This document shows positions 1 to 11,755 of a stretch of 64,000 bases of DNA, one piece after another. Each line of letters starts with the position of its first letter. The first letter of the stretch is position 1. The stretch lies in the NCBI GenBank assembly GCA_964016885.1, contig OZ024759.1:10292001-10356000 (forward strand), given 5' to 3'. Below the pieces are notes generated by a model, which did no database searches, was not told the origin of the DNA, and saw nothing but the letters and a program-made list of their open reading frames with translations. Made by a program: the position numbers and the translations under genes. This stretch comes from Eledone cirrhosa (lineage: Eukaryota).

Positions 1-657
1 TACAGTGTGGACTGGGGGCTTTTTGTCGTGACACCTACACGACCACTTTACAGTGTGGACTGGGGGCTTTTTGTCGTGACACCTACACGACCACTTTACA
101 GTGTGGACTGGGGGCTTTTAGTTGTGACACCTACACGACCACTTTACAGTGTGGACTGGGTGCTTTTTGTTGTGACACCTACACGACCACTTTACAGTGT
201 GGACTGGGGGCTTTTTGTCGTGACACCTACACGACCACTTTACAGTGTGGACTGGGGGCTTTTTGTTGTGACACCTACACGACCACTTTACAGTGTGGAC
301 TGGGTCCTTTTTGTCGTGACACCTACACGACCACTTTACAGTGTGGACTGGGGGCTTTTTGTCGTGACACCTACACGACCACTTTACAGTGTGGACTGGG
401 GGCTTTTTGTCGTGACACCTACACGACCACTTTACAGTGTGGACTGGGTCCTTTTTGTCGTGACACCTACACGACCACTTTACAGTGTGGACTGGGTGAT
501 TTTTGTCATGACACCTACACGACCACTTTACAGTGTGGACTGGGTGCTTTTTGTCGTGACACCTACACGACCACTTTACAGTGTGGACTGGGTGATTTTT
601 GTCATGACACCTACACGACCACTTTACAGTGTGGACTGGGTGCTTTTTGTCGTGACA
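1..657. repeat. 51-bp minisatellite (~13 copies) derived from a segment of the RTE/SINE 3' tail
   Basis: Unit ACACCTACACGACCACTTTACAGTGTGGACTGGG(G/T)GCTTTTTGTCGTG. The same motif occurs inside dispersed SINE/RTE tails (e.g. 59050-59110) and as a second array at 53618-54510. Confidence 0.95.
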
Positions 658-833
658 AGGAAACACTGTTTATGTAGCTTATCTCTCAGATTCTTACAAA
701 ACTCTGAGAAGATAAAGTTAAAATAAAGAATGATGTGATCATGTGTAAAGTGTGTTATGATGGTGTGACACACCTGTACGAAACGAGAGTAAAACTCAAG
801 GACATTATTACGTTTTATTCACTAATGTATTAT

Positions 834-1235
834 GTTTAAATAATAATTATATTTTTATTCATAGTTGCACAAACAACATTACAGAGGCAATGCTGCCAGT
901 GGTCTGGCTTACCTCAAAAATCATTAGAGAGGTTGCCCAGTACTCGCGACGTTGCTGTCTTTTGCTCTGGTGTTGGCTCGGTTGTTCACCCCTTCCTTTA
1001 CATTTTCTTTAATATTGCAACATTAAAAGAATATATCTTTCATTGTATCATCCTTTATAGTGTTACTGAAGCATTTATAATGTTATTTATATTTATATTT
1101 AAAACATATTTGTTATGTTATTCTAATGTAAATTTATTTATATGCTCTGTTTATATTTTCATTGTGAAGGAATTGCAAACGATTTGTAATGTTGTTTGTG
1201 CAACTATGAATAAAAAATATTGTTATTATTTAAAC
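834..1235. repeat. ~50-bp inverted repeat (834-883 / 1185-1235) enclosing ~300 bp; probable element remnant
   Basis: GTTTAAATAATAATTATATTTTTATTCATAGTTGCACAAACAACATTACA is the near-perfect reverse complement of 1185-1235. Confidence 0.75.
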
Positions 1236-1404
1236 CCAAGGTATTCACCAGGTGTACTCTTGAACTACTAACAAGAGACTACAACGAGATTCCGTACACA
1301 CAGTTCCCCTGACAGTTCACTTCAGTTCTTATTTATAGAGTTTCACCTAATCCACTTTTAGTTACGGGGTGGTGTTCAGGGTTTTTCCCCCCACAACAGA
1401 GTGT

Positions 1405-1930
1405 TAAAATGTGGGGGAAAACTGTGTTATAAGACTGTTACATGTGGAGGAAACTGGGTTGTAAGCCCGTTAGATGTGGAGGGAGACTAGGTTGTAAGCC
1501 CGTTAAATGTGGAGGGAAACTAGGTTGTAAGCCCGTTAGATGTGGAGGGAAACTAGGTTGTAAGCCCGTTAGATGTGGAGGGAAACTAGGTTGTAAGCCT
1601 GCTAAATATGGAGGGAAACTGGGTTGTAAGCCCGTTAGATGTGGTGGGAGACTGTGTTGTAAGCCCGTTAGATGTGGTGGGAGACTGTGTTGTAAGCCCG
1701 TTAGATGTGGAGGGAGACTAGGTTGTAAGCCTGCTAAATGTGGAGGGAAACTAGGTTGTAAGCCCGTTAGATGTGGAGGGAGACTAGGTTGTAAGCCTGT
1801 TAGATGTGGAGGGAGACTAGGTTGTAAGCCTGCTAAATGTGGAGGGAAACTAGGTTGTAAGCCCGTTAGATGTGGAGGGAGACTAGGTTGTAAGCCTGTT
1901 ACATGTGGAGGAAACTGGGTTGTAAGCTCA
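1405..1930. repeat. 33-bp minisatellite (~15 copies)
   Basis: Unit GA(A/G)ACTAGGTTGTAAGCCCGTTAGATGTGGAGG; it produces the 11-aa periodic ORF 1442-1939. Confidence 0.95.
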
Positions 1931-2196
1931 TTAAATTGAAAGGACCAGCTATATCAGACTGTGTTATGCTGAATCTCCCTGAGATTTACTTCAAGGATAC
2001 ATAAGTCTGTGGAATGCTCAGCCACTTACATAATTTAACAAATTGTTCTTCCATCAATATGTGGATATATTGATCATAATTTACACAACCATGCCATACG
2101 TGGCCACCCTGTCAACTAATTGGGTGGATTGCAGACAATTGAAATGTCTGTGGATAAATATATCCAGGTGAGAAAAGGTGCCAGACTAATTAGCTC

Positions 2197-3169
2197 TACC
2201 TGTAATTAGGTAGATATATTGTACCTGTAATTAAGGTAGATATATTGTACCTGTAATTAAGGTAGAAATATATTGTACCTGTAATTAGGTAGATATATTG
2301 TACCTGTAATTAAGGTAGATATATTGTACCTGTAATTAAAGTAGAGATATATTATACCTGTAATTAGGTAGATATATTGTACCTGTAATTAGGTAGATAT
2401 ATTGTACCTGTAATTAAGGTAGATATATTGTACCTGTAATTAAGGTAGATATATTGTACCTGTAATTAAGGTAGAGATATTGTACCTGTAATTAAGGTAG
2501 ATATATTATACCTGTAATTAAGGTAGATATATTATACCTGTAATTAAGGTAGATATACTGTACCTGTAATTAAGGTAGATATACTGTACCTGTAATTAAG
2601 GTAGAGATATATACTGTACCTGTAATTAAGGTATATATATTATACCTGTAATTAAGGTAGAGATATATACTGCACCTGTAATTAAGGTAGATATATTGTA
2701 CCTGTAATTAAGGTAGATATATTGTACCTGTAATTAAGGTAGATATACTGTACTTGTAATTAAGGTAGATATACTGTACCTGTAATTAAGGTAGATATAT
2801 TATACCTTTAATTAAGGTAGATATACTGTACCTGTAATTAAGGTAGATATACTGTACCTGTAATTAAGGTAGATATACTGTACCTGTAATTAAGGTAGAT
2901 ATACTGTACCTGTAATTAAGGTAGATATATTATACCTGTAATTAAGGTAGAGATATATATTATACCTATAATTAAGGTAGTTATATACACTGTACCTGTA
3001 ATTAAGGTAGATATATTGTACCTGTAATTAAGGTAGTTATATACACTGTACCTGTAATTAAGGTAGATATATTGTACCTGTAATTTAGGTACATATATTG
3101 TACCTGTAATTAAGGTAGATATACTGTACCTGTAATTAAGGTAGATATACTGTACCTGTAATTAAGGTA
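2197..3169. repeat. ~26-bp minisatellite with an internal quasi-palindrome, in a WDR11 intron
   Basis: Unit TACCTGTAATTAAGGTAGATATA(T/C)TG; TACCT and AGGTA are self-complementary. Confidence 0.95.
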
Positions 3170-3223
3170 AGATAAAATATGATTTTATTTCTCATTGATA
3201 TATATATATTTATTTAACCCTAG

Positions 3224-3298
3224 GCAACCCTGAACTATTGTGAGTACAGCGAAGTTGTGAAGAGATGGGCTGATCATTTATCACAGCAAGGACAAAAG
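3224..3298 (+). CDS. WDR11: WDR11 orthologue, third-last coding exon (ATLNYCEYSEVVKRWADHLSQQGQK)
   Basis: tag acceptor 3221-3223, gtaagt donor at 3299, 75 nt, phase 0-0. The peptide resembles vertebrate WDR11 VRLNPEECADVLRRWVDHL..QK (recalled, not searched). Confidence 0.88.
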
Positions 3299-3317
3299 GT
3301 AAGTGACACTTACCTTT

Positions 3318-3805
3318 GTGGTGGTGGTGGTGTGGTGGCAGTGGTGGTGGTGAGGTGTGGTGTGGTGGCAGTGGTGGTGGTGGTGGCGGTGGTGTGGTGG
3401 CATTGGAGGTATTGATGGTGCTGTGGTGGTGGTGCGGTGGTATTGTGGTGGTGGTGTGGTGGTATTGGTGGTGGTGTGGTGGTATTTGTGGTGGTATTGA
3501 TGGTGGTGGTCGTGCGGTGTGGTATTTATGGTGGTGGTACTAATGGTGGTATTGATGGTGGTATTGTGGTGGTGTGGTGGTATTGATGGTGGTGTGGTGG
3601 TATTGATGGTGGTGGTCGTGCGGTGTGGCATTTATGGTGGTGGTGGTGGTGTGGTGGTATTAATGGTGATGGTGGTGTGGTGGTGTGGTGATATTGATGG
3701 CGGTAGTGTGGTGGTGGTGTGGTGGTATTTCTGGTGGTGGTGGTGTGGTGGTATTAATGGTGATGGTGTGGTGGTATTAATGGTGGTGTGGTGATATTGA
3801 TGGTA
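3318..3805. repeat. (GGT)n-rich low-complexity tract in a WDR11 intron
   Basis: Degenerate GGT/GGTATT repeats. Confidence 0.9.
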
Positions 3806-3846
3806 TTTTCTACATACTACTGATTTTCTTTGTTGTTTTTCTCCAG

Positions 3847-3991
3847 AGCAAAGCCATCCTTGTGATGCTGTCTCTTGGCCAGTTCCTGCGAGTCACGGAG
3901 ATGTTGTATGGTATGAGGTATTTTGACAGGGCTGCCAGGTTTCTAGAGGCCTCCATGGAATTTGGGGTCATTGAGAAAACAGAAGAAAACG
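3847..3991 (+). CDS. WDR11: WDR11 orthologue, penultimate coding exon (SKAILVMLSLGQFLRVTEMLYGMRYFDRAARFLEASMEFGVIEKTEEN)
   Basis: Polypyrimidine tract plus ctccag acceptor; 145 nt, open, in frame with the previous exon. SKA.LV.LSLG and MRYFDRAA.F.EA motifs match the WDR11 C-terminus. Confidence 0.93.
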
Positions 3992-4061
3992 GTATCCTTT
4001 AGAATAATTCTGCTTCTTTGATCATTACTATTAGTCTGCCTTCCTTACTTGTATATATATA

Positions 4062-4850
4062 TGCTGAAGACTTGCGTAGATTAGAAAGAAATGAAGCCTG
4101 CATGCTTCATTCTCTGTCCATCTCTAAAGGTAAACTGTATGATGCGTATATATGAACAGCAATGTGACATGGTAGTGAGACCTGAGCACTGTGTGCAGAA
4201 GACTTGCGTAGATTAGAAAGAAATGAAGCCTGCATGCTCCGATGGATGTGTAATAGTAATGTACACCAATGGCAAAGCATAAATGATGAACTGAGAGAGA
4301 GACTAAGCATAAGAGGTATCAAATGTTGTGTTCTGGAGAGGAGATTGTATTGGTATGGACATGTGATGTGTATGAAGGACGGCAGCTGTATAAAAAAGTG
4401 CAGAGCAGAGTAATCAAAATTGATGGAAGCTATGGAGTAGGTAGACCAAGAAAAACTTGGGACGAGGTGATAAAAACTGACCTTGTTTGCTGACACCCCT
4501 CTAAGACAATGTCACTGGATCAAGATCTTTGGTGCTATATAGTTGTACAGAAGACCCACCTTCCCTTGCATACAAACCTAGTCAGTAGAGACCTCTTAAC
4601 CCAATATATACCCCACCTCCAACACTACCCCATCCTCCTATTTCCATCCACTGTAAAATGGTGACACAACAAAAAGCACCCAGTCCACACTGTAAAGGGG
4701 TTGGTGTTAGGAAGGGCATCCAGTCGTAGAAATCCTACCAGGGACAGTTCTGTATAAGCGAGATATGGTCTCCCGACCAATCCTGCATCAAGTGGGACAA
4801 AACCGTCTAACCCATGCTAGCGTGGAAGATGGACGTTAAACGACGATGAT
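4062..4850 (+). mobile_element. 5'-truncated RTE-clade LINE remnant (ORF C-terminus, 3' UTR and tail) inside the U12 intron
   Basis: RRLERNEACMLRWMCN...RRLYWYGHV peptide; tail CCATGCTAGCGTGGAAGATGGACGTTAAAC followed by GAT-type repeats. Confidence 0.9.
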
Positions 4851-5099
4851 ATATATATGTGTGAAGATGCATGGCTTAGTGGTTAGAGCATCGGGCTTAT
4901 AATCATGAGGTTGTGAGTTTGAGTCTATATATTTACTATTGTATTTTCACAGTAAAGGCTTTATCTCACATGATATCGAATCTATGAGATTTTGATATTA
5001 TTTTGAGAAAAACACCTTAAAAAACAGTAAGAGCAGCCGGTTACAGCCGGTTTAAACAGAAAGAGGTGAGAGAATTCAGGCCAGATATGACTGGTTTAA

Positions 5100-5597
5100 C
5101 CCTTTAACATTTACATTACTCTACTATTGTATTTTCACAGTAAAGGCTTTACCTCACATAATATCTCACATAACATTTACATTACTCTATATATACTATT
5201 GTATTTTCACAGTAAAGGCTTTACCTCATAATATCTCACATAACATTTACATTACTCTATATATACTATTGTATTGTCACAGTAAAGGCTTTACCTCACA
5301 TAATATCTCACATAACATTTACATTACTCTATATATACTATTGTATTGTCACAGTAAAGGCGTTACCTCACATAATATCTCACATAACATTTACATTACT
5401 CTATATATACTATTGTATTTTCACAGTAAAGGCTTTACCTCACATAATTATCTCATATAATGACTCTATGATATTTTGATATTATGTATTTTGAGAAAAA
5501 CACCTTAAAATCAGTATGAACAGCCAGTTACAGCCAGTTTGAACAGAAAAAGGTGAGAGAATTCTGGCTGGATATAGCCGGTTGGAATGCTAAAGGG
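5100..5597 (+). mobile_element. piggyBac-like MITE with internal 72-bp tandem repeat (partial copy also at 4925-5095)
   Basis: TTAA|CCCTTTAACATT ... AATGCTAAAGGG|TTAA: TTAA on both sides, CCC/GGG termini and a 12-bp TIR with one mismatch. Confidence 0.8.
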
Positions 5598-5681
5598 TTA
5601 AATGGCATGGTGAGATGTGGGTAGGATCAATTCCAAATTTTTTAAGTTAAAATTTTTCCTTAACAAGAATTTTGTTTCCAG

Positions 5682-5824
5682 CTCCATTGATTGAAGCGGT
5701 ATTTCTTGAATTTAGTCGGTACCTCATAAACATTGGTATGAAGCAAGCAGCACTTTACTACGGTCAAATGGCTGGTGAAAAGGGGGAACTATTGCTGAAG
5801 GAAGTGAACATACTATTCAGTTAA
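5682..5824 (+). CDS. WDR11: WDR11 orthologue, last coding exon ((A)PLIEAVFLEFSRYLINIGMKQAALYYGQMAGEKGELLLKEVNILFS*)
   Basis: Open frame to TAA at 5822-5824. Resembles the WDR11 terminus LITAIYADYARSLKNLGFKQGAVLFASKAGAAGKDLLNEL (recalled). Confidence 0.9.
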
Positions 5825-5854
5825 AATATTGGCTCAATGTTTAGATAATGTTAG

Positions 5855-6283
5855 TATAGGGCTTAGGGAGTATGATAGTTAAACAGTTAGGGGTAGGGCT
5901 TGTGGTATTATCAAGGGTAGGAAGTCGGGCAGTTAAACAGTTAGGGGTAGGGCTTGTGGTATTATCAAGGGTAGGGAGTGGGACAATTAAAGGGTTAGGA
6001 GTAGGGCTTGTGGTATTATCAAGGATAGGAAGTCGGGCAGTTAAACAATTAGGGGTAGGGCTTGTGGTATTATCAAGGGTAGGAAGTCGGGCAGTTAAAG
6101 GGTTAGGGGTAGAGCTTGTGGTATTATCAAGGGTAGGGAGTCGGACAGTTAAAGGGTTAGGGGTAGGGCTTGTGGTATTATCAAGGATAGGAAGTCGGGC
6201 AGTTAAACAGTTAGGGGTAGGGCTTGTGGTATTATCAAGGGTAGGGAGTCAGACAGTTAAAGGGTTAGGGTTAGTGCTAGGAT
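5855..6283. repeat. 54-bp G-rich minisatellite just after the WDR11 stop codon
   Basis: Unit GTTAGGGGTAGGGCTTGTGGTATTATCAAGGGTAGGAAGTCGGGCAGTTAAACA; 18-aa ORF periodicity. Confidence 0.92.
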
Positions 6284-6364
6284 AGAAGTTCAGCTTGTGG
6301 GTAAAAAGTTGGATAGATAATAATGTTGAGCTTGTGATAGTGGTAGAGTAGGAAACATATGTAA

Positions 6365-8010
6365 GGTGTAGGGCAATTGAAGGGGTAATGTAGGACTAGT
6401 GGTAGGGTGTAGGGCAATTGAAGGGGTAATGTAGGACTAGTGGTAGGGTGTAGGGCAATTGAAGGGGTAATGTAGGACTAGTGGTAGGGTGTAGGGCAAT
6501 TGAAGGGGTAATGTAGGACTAGTGGTAGGGTGTAGGGCAATTGAAGGGGTAATGTAGGACTAGTGGTAGGGTGTAGGGTAATTGAAGGGGTAATGTAGGA
6601 CTTGTGGTAGGGTGTAGGGTAATTGAAGGGGTAATGTTAGACTTGTGGTAGGGTGTAGGGCAATTGAAGGGGTAATGTAGGACTAGTGGTAGAGTGTAGG
6701 GTAATTGAAGGGGTAATGTTAGACTTGTGGTAGGGTGTAGGGTAATTGAAGGGGTAATGTTAGACTTGTGGTAGAGTGTAGGGTAATTGAAGGGGTAATG
6801 TTAGGCTTGTGGTAGGGTGTAGGGTAATTGAAGGGGTAATGTTAGACTTGTGGTAGGGTGTAGGGTAATTGAAGGGGTAATGTTAGACTTGTGGTAGGGT
6901 GTAGGGTAATTGAAGGGGTAATGTTAGACTTGTGGTAGGGTGTAGGGTAATTGAAGGGGTAATGTAGGACTAGTGGTAGGGTGTAGGGTAATTGAAGGGG
7001 TAATGTTAGACTTGTGGTAGGGTGTAGGGTAATTGAAGGGGTAATGTTAGACTTGTGGTAGGGTGTAGGGTAATTGAAGGGGTAATGTTCGACTTGTGGT
7101 AGGGTGTAGGGTAATTGAAGGGGTAATGTAGGACTAGTGGTAGGGTGTAGGGTAATTGAAGGGGTAATGTTCGACTTGTGGTAGGGTGTAGGGTAATTGA
7201 AGGGGTAATGTAGGACTAGTGGTAGGGTGTAGGGTAATTGAAGGGGTAATGTTAGACTTGTGGTAGGGTGTAGGGTAATTGAAGGGGTAATGTTAGACTT
7301 GTGGTAGGGTGTAGGGTAATTGAAGGGGTAATGTTCGACTTGTGGTAGGGTGTAGGGTAATTGAAGGGGTAATGTTAGACTTGTGGTAGGGTGTAGGGCA
7401 ATTGAAGGGGTAATGTAGGACTAGTGGTAGGGTGTAGGGCAATTGAAGGGGTAATGTAGGACTAGTGGTAGGGTGTAGGGTAATTGAAGGGGTAATGTAG
7501 GACTTGTGGTAGGGTGTAGGGTAATTGAAGGGGTAATGTTAGACTTGTGGTAGGGTGTAGGGTAATTGAAAGGGTAATGTAGGACTAGTGGTAGAGTGTA
7601 GGGTAATTGAAGGGGTAATGTTAGACTTGTAGTAGAGTGTAGGGTAATTGAAGGGGTAATGTTAGACTTGTGGTAGGGTGTAGGGTAATTGAAGGGGTAA
7701 TGTTAGGCTTGTGGTAGGGTGTAGGGTAATTGAAGGAGTAATGTTAGGCTTGTGGTAGGGTGTAGGGCAATTGAAGGGGTAATGTAGGACTAGTGGTAGA
7801 GTGTAGGGTAATTGAAGGGGTAATGTAGGACTAGTAGTAGGGTGTAGGGTAATTGAAGGGGTAATGTTAGACTTGTGGTAGGGTGTAGGGTAATTGAAGG
7901 GGTAATGTTAGACTTGTGGTAGGGTGTAGGGTAATTGAAGGGGTAATGTTAGACTTGTGGTAGGGTGTAGGGTAATTGAAGGGGTAATGTTAGACTTGTG
8001 GTAGGGTGTA
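6365..8010. repeat. 41-bp G-rich minisatellite (~40 copies)
   Basis: Unit GGTGTAGGGTAATTGAAGGGGTAATGTTAGACTTGTGGTAG, with a GTAGGACTA variant interspersed. Confidence 0.95.
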
Positions 8011-8297
8011 GAAACAATTTAAAGTAAAGAAACTTTTGAAGGGAATCCTAGAGAATCTTCCAGATTTATAGAACAATGTAGGTATCTTGCCTGAACCATA
8101 ACAACAACAACAACAACAACAACAATGGCAGTCACAGTGTATCTACTGAAGGCCATACAGGATACATTATGTACTTATGTTTGTAAACGTGTATATAATA
8201 TATATATATATATCTATACCTACTCTACATCTCCCCATGTATTGAGTACTCCCATGATTAGTGGTCTCCCCAGTCTCAGCACTGCAGCCTCTTCCTT

Positions 8298-8411
8298 TCT
8301 ATATATATATATATATAGACTCACACACACACACACATATATATACATACATGTTTGTGTGTATGCATACATGAATATATATACACATATAATATAGATT
8401 TATAATATATG

Positions 8412-8456
<45 letters not shown>

Positions 8457-8633
8457 GTAAATACACACACACACACATATATATATATATAAATACACAT
8501 GCGCACACACAATTATACACATATATATATATATAGACACACACACACATACACACATATATATACATACATGTTTGTGTGCATGCATACATGAATATAT
8601 ATATACACATATAATATAGATTTATAATATATG

Positions 8634-8674
<41 letters not shown>

Positions 8675-8687
8675 GTAAATACACATG

Positions 8688-8743
<56 letters not shown>

Positions 8744-8797
8744 CATATGTAAATACACATGCGCACACACAATTATACACATATATGTGTGTGTGTG

Positions 8798-8833
<36 letters not shown>

Positions 8834-8990
8834 TGTATATATATACAAATATATTATATATATATATACAAATATATATATATTATATATATATATAAAT
8901 ATGTATATATATACAAATATATATATATTATATATATTATATATATATAAATATGTATATATATATACAAATATATATGTATGTATAATA
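8298..8990. repeat. Compound (TA)n/(CA)n microsatellite with higher-order duplication
   Basis: Dinucleotide runs; a ~230-bp block is repeated. Confidence 0.9.
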
Positions 8991-9402
8991 TGCAAACCAG
9001 TTACGGAAGTTTTAATACTTATTAAAAGGTCAATCATTTTATTTCTCTGATTTAAATGGCTGAAACCCCCCCCCCCTTCCCAGAACAATAGAAGAAGTCA
9101 GTAGTGATAAGAAGAGGAACAAAGGAAGTAGTCCTGAAAAAGGGGAGGTAATCAGAGGAAGATGATGGAGGGGTGGGTGGGAGGTAATGAAAGAAAGTTC
9201 CAAAAGAAATTAGGTGTGTGTGGAGGGAGGGGGGGGGGGGGGGCGCAACGGGAAGTAAAATCAGAAAGATGGAAGAGGATGTTAAAGAAAAATGCAAGGG
9301 GAGGTAATTGCAAGAAAAACAGTGAAGCGAAGTAATGAGAAAAACAAAAAAAAAAATATGGAAGTGTAAGTATCAGAAAAAGAAGAACCTGTGGAAATGA
9401 TG

Positions 9403-9435
<33 letters not shown>

Positions 9436-9502
9436 CAAAGGGAGTAATCAGAAAAAAAAAACGAGAAAATTAAAGAGAGGCTAAAATGCCCATAAATCAT
9501 TT

Positions 9503-9676
9503 AATACCTACATGTAGGTTTTACATGTAAAACCCACATGTAGGCTGTACATGTAATACCTACATGTAAGTATTTCATGTAAAACCTACATGTAGGTATT
9601 GCCTGTAAAACCTACATGTAGGTGGTATTACATGTAAAACCTACATGTAGGTTTTACATGCAATACCTACATGTAG
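9503..9676. repeat. Array of palindromic (CC)TACATGTA(GG) motifs
   Basis: About 11 ACATG-centred units; AAAACCTACATGTAGGTTTT is a perfect 20-bp palindrome. Confidence 0.85.
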
Positions 9677-10099
9677 TGTAATTTTTATTGTGGAATTGGT
9701 TAAATGTGTTTTCTTATGAACTGTCTTTAGCATCATGTTGAAAAAAAACAATACAATTTCTTTCAAGTTCTAATCTCTAACCCTGTGATCATCTGTTATA
9801 TAAAGGTTTTTGTACAGTCTTCTGCCTTGGCTCTTGTTTTATATTTCAGTTTATTGCATGTATTTTCATTGACGTATATACACATCATCATCATCGTCCA
9901 GCGGCCTCAGCTGAAATCGACTCAACAATTGATCTCCACAAAGGTCTGTCATTCATTGCCCTTGCCAAATCCTCATCCTCATCATTGTCTAACGTCTATC
10001 TTCCATGCTAGCATGGGCTAGACGGGAATTGTCCCACTTGAGGCAAGATTGATCGGGTGACGTGTGTCTCGTTTGTATAGGACTGTATCTGGCAGGATT

Positions 10100-10316
10100 T
10101 CAGTACCATAATCTCTGGAGATGCACTGGGACAGGAGAACCCATGCTCCCTGTCATTAGTGACCGCCCGTGGTTCCCAAAGCCCCAATAGGGACACAGCC
10201 TCAGAGGTGGTCTGATGGTAGTGGCCAGCAAATCTTACTCTCCTTTTACGTACAATGACAGATATGCGTGGGAGGGCGGCATATATCACCCTGAAAGTTA
10301 GACACCGCCAGCCCAT
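10100..10316 (-). mobile_element. Degenerate RTE-like LINE C-terminal fragment
   Basis: [10 protein letters not shown]...SEAVSLLGLWEP motif. Confidence 0.6.
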
Positions 10317-10340
10317 GTGCCGAATGTGTGTGTGTGTATG

Positions 10341-10860
<520 letters not shown>

Positions 10861-10875
10861 ATATATATATTAGAA

Positions 10876-11068
10876 GGGTGGTGGATTGGCAGTATCGGTA
10901 GAGGGTCGGACGTCATGCTTTGACGCATAGAGTTACGGCCCTTTCCATTCTGAGTTCAAATCCCGCCGAGGTCAACTTTGTCTTTCATCCTTACGGGGTC
11001 AATAAAATAAAGTACCAGTAATGTACTGGGTAATTGCTGGCCTTGTGCCAAGTGTAGAAACAATTATT
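10876..11068 (+). mobile_element. SINE family B: tRNA head with Meta-like domain
   Basis: TGGCAGTATCGG box A, GAGTTCAAATCC box B, central TTTCATCCTTACGGGGTC(G/A)ATAAAATAAAGTACCAG; more than 12 copies in the window. Confidence 0.85.
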
Positions 11069-11477
11069 TATATATATTAGAACACACTTTTATAATACAT
11101 ATTATATATATATATAAAATAAACATATCAAGCATTGACAGGGGATAATTTATAAAGAGTGTAAACATAGTTATGGAGGTACCATATTAAAAATTAACGA
11201 GAACCTTGTAATAACGATTAATCTCCTTTGTATATATTCCATTGAAGAAATATATTTCACCATTAATCAGTGGATCATCAGCAGAGGAGAATATTTAACT
11301 ATCTATGATTATATACTAAGAGCAAATTGGGAGATAACGGTGAAAAAGCACACTGCCATCAACCCAGTGGTATGAATAGGGTTATTGATAGCTAGAAATA
11401 GCAGCCAAGTCCTTTCAACATAAAAAGCTCTACTAACAGACTTAGGAGCTGTTATTCTACTATCAGTATTACTTGAA

Positions 11478-11668
11478 AGGGCAGTGGATTGGCAGTATCG
11501 GTAGAGGGTCGAACGCCATGCTTTCAAGCATAGTTACGTCCCTTTACGATCTGAGTTCAAATCCCGCCGAGGTTGACTTTGCCTTTCATTCTTATGGGGT
11601 AGATAAAATAAAGTACCAGTAATGCACTGGGTAATTGCTGGCCTTGTGCCTAAAGTAGAAACAAGTAT
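11478..11668 (+). mobile_element. SINE family B copy
   Basis: Highly similar to 10876-11068. Confidence 0.85.
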
Positions 11669-11755
11669 TACTTGATGTGAAAAAGATGATTCAGTCAGTA
11701 GAAACACATTTGAATGTGGAAAATGAGTTGGAGAAAGAGGCTACTCCCAACTGAC

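Larger units (their letters stand above)
3992..5681 (+). other. WDR11: U12-type (minor spliceosome) GT-AG intron, last coding intron of WDR11
   Basis: 5' splice site GTATCCTTT at 3992-4000, branch site TTCCTTAAC at 5656-5664, CAG at 5679-5681. The phase-1 join G+CT gives Ala and keeps the frame. Confidence 0.92.

Noticed and set aside
7-726. 239-aa repetitive ORF and its antisense ORF
   Set aside because: Product of a 51-bp (17-codon) tandem repeat derived from an element tail.
865-931. Possible upstream WDR11 exon after an AG at 863-864
   Set aside because: No frame resembles WDR11, and the site is one arm of an inverted repeat. The preceding WDR11 exon was not found in the window.
1442-1939. 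Cys/Gly/Lys-rich 165-aa ORF resembling a keratin-associated or metallothionein-like protein
   Set aside because: It is the translation of a 33-bp minisatellite, has no ATG start in frame or signal peptide, and probably lies in a WDR11 intron.
5889-6275. Interstitial telomeric repeat
   Set aside because: TTAGGG occurs only as isolated motifs inside a 54-bp unit, not as a tandem array.
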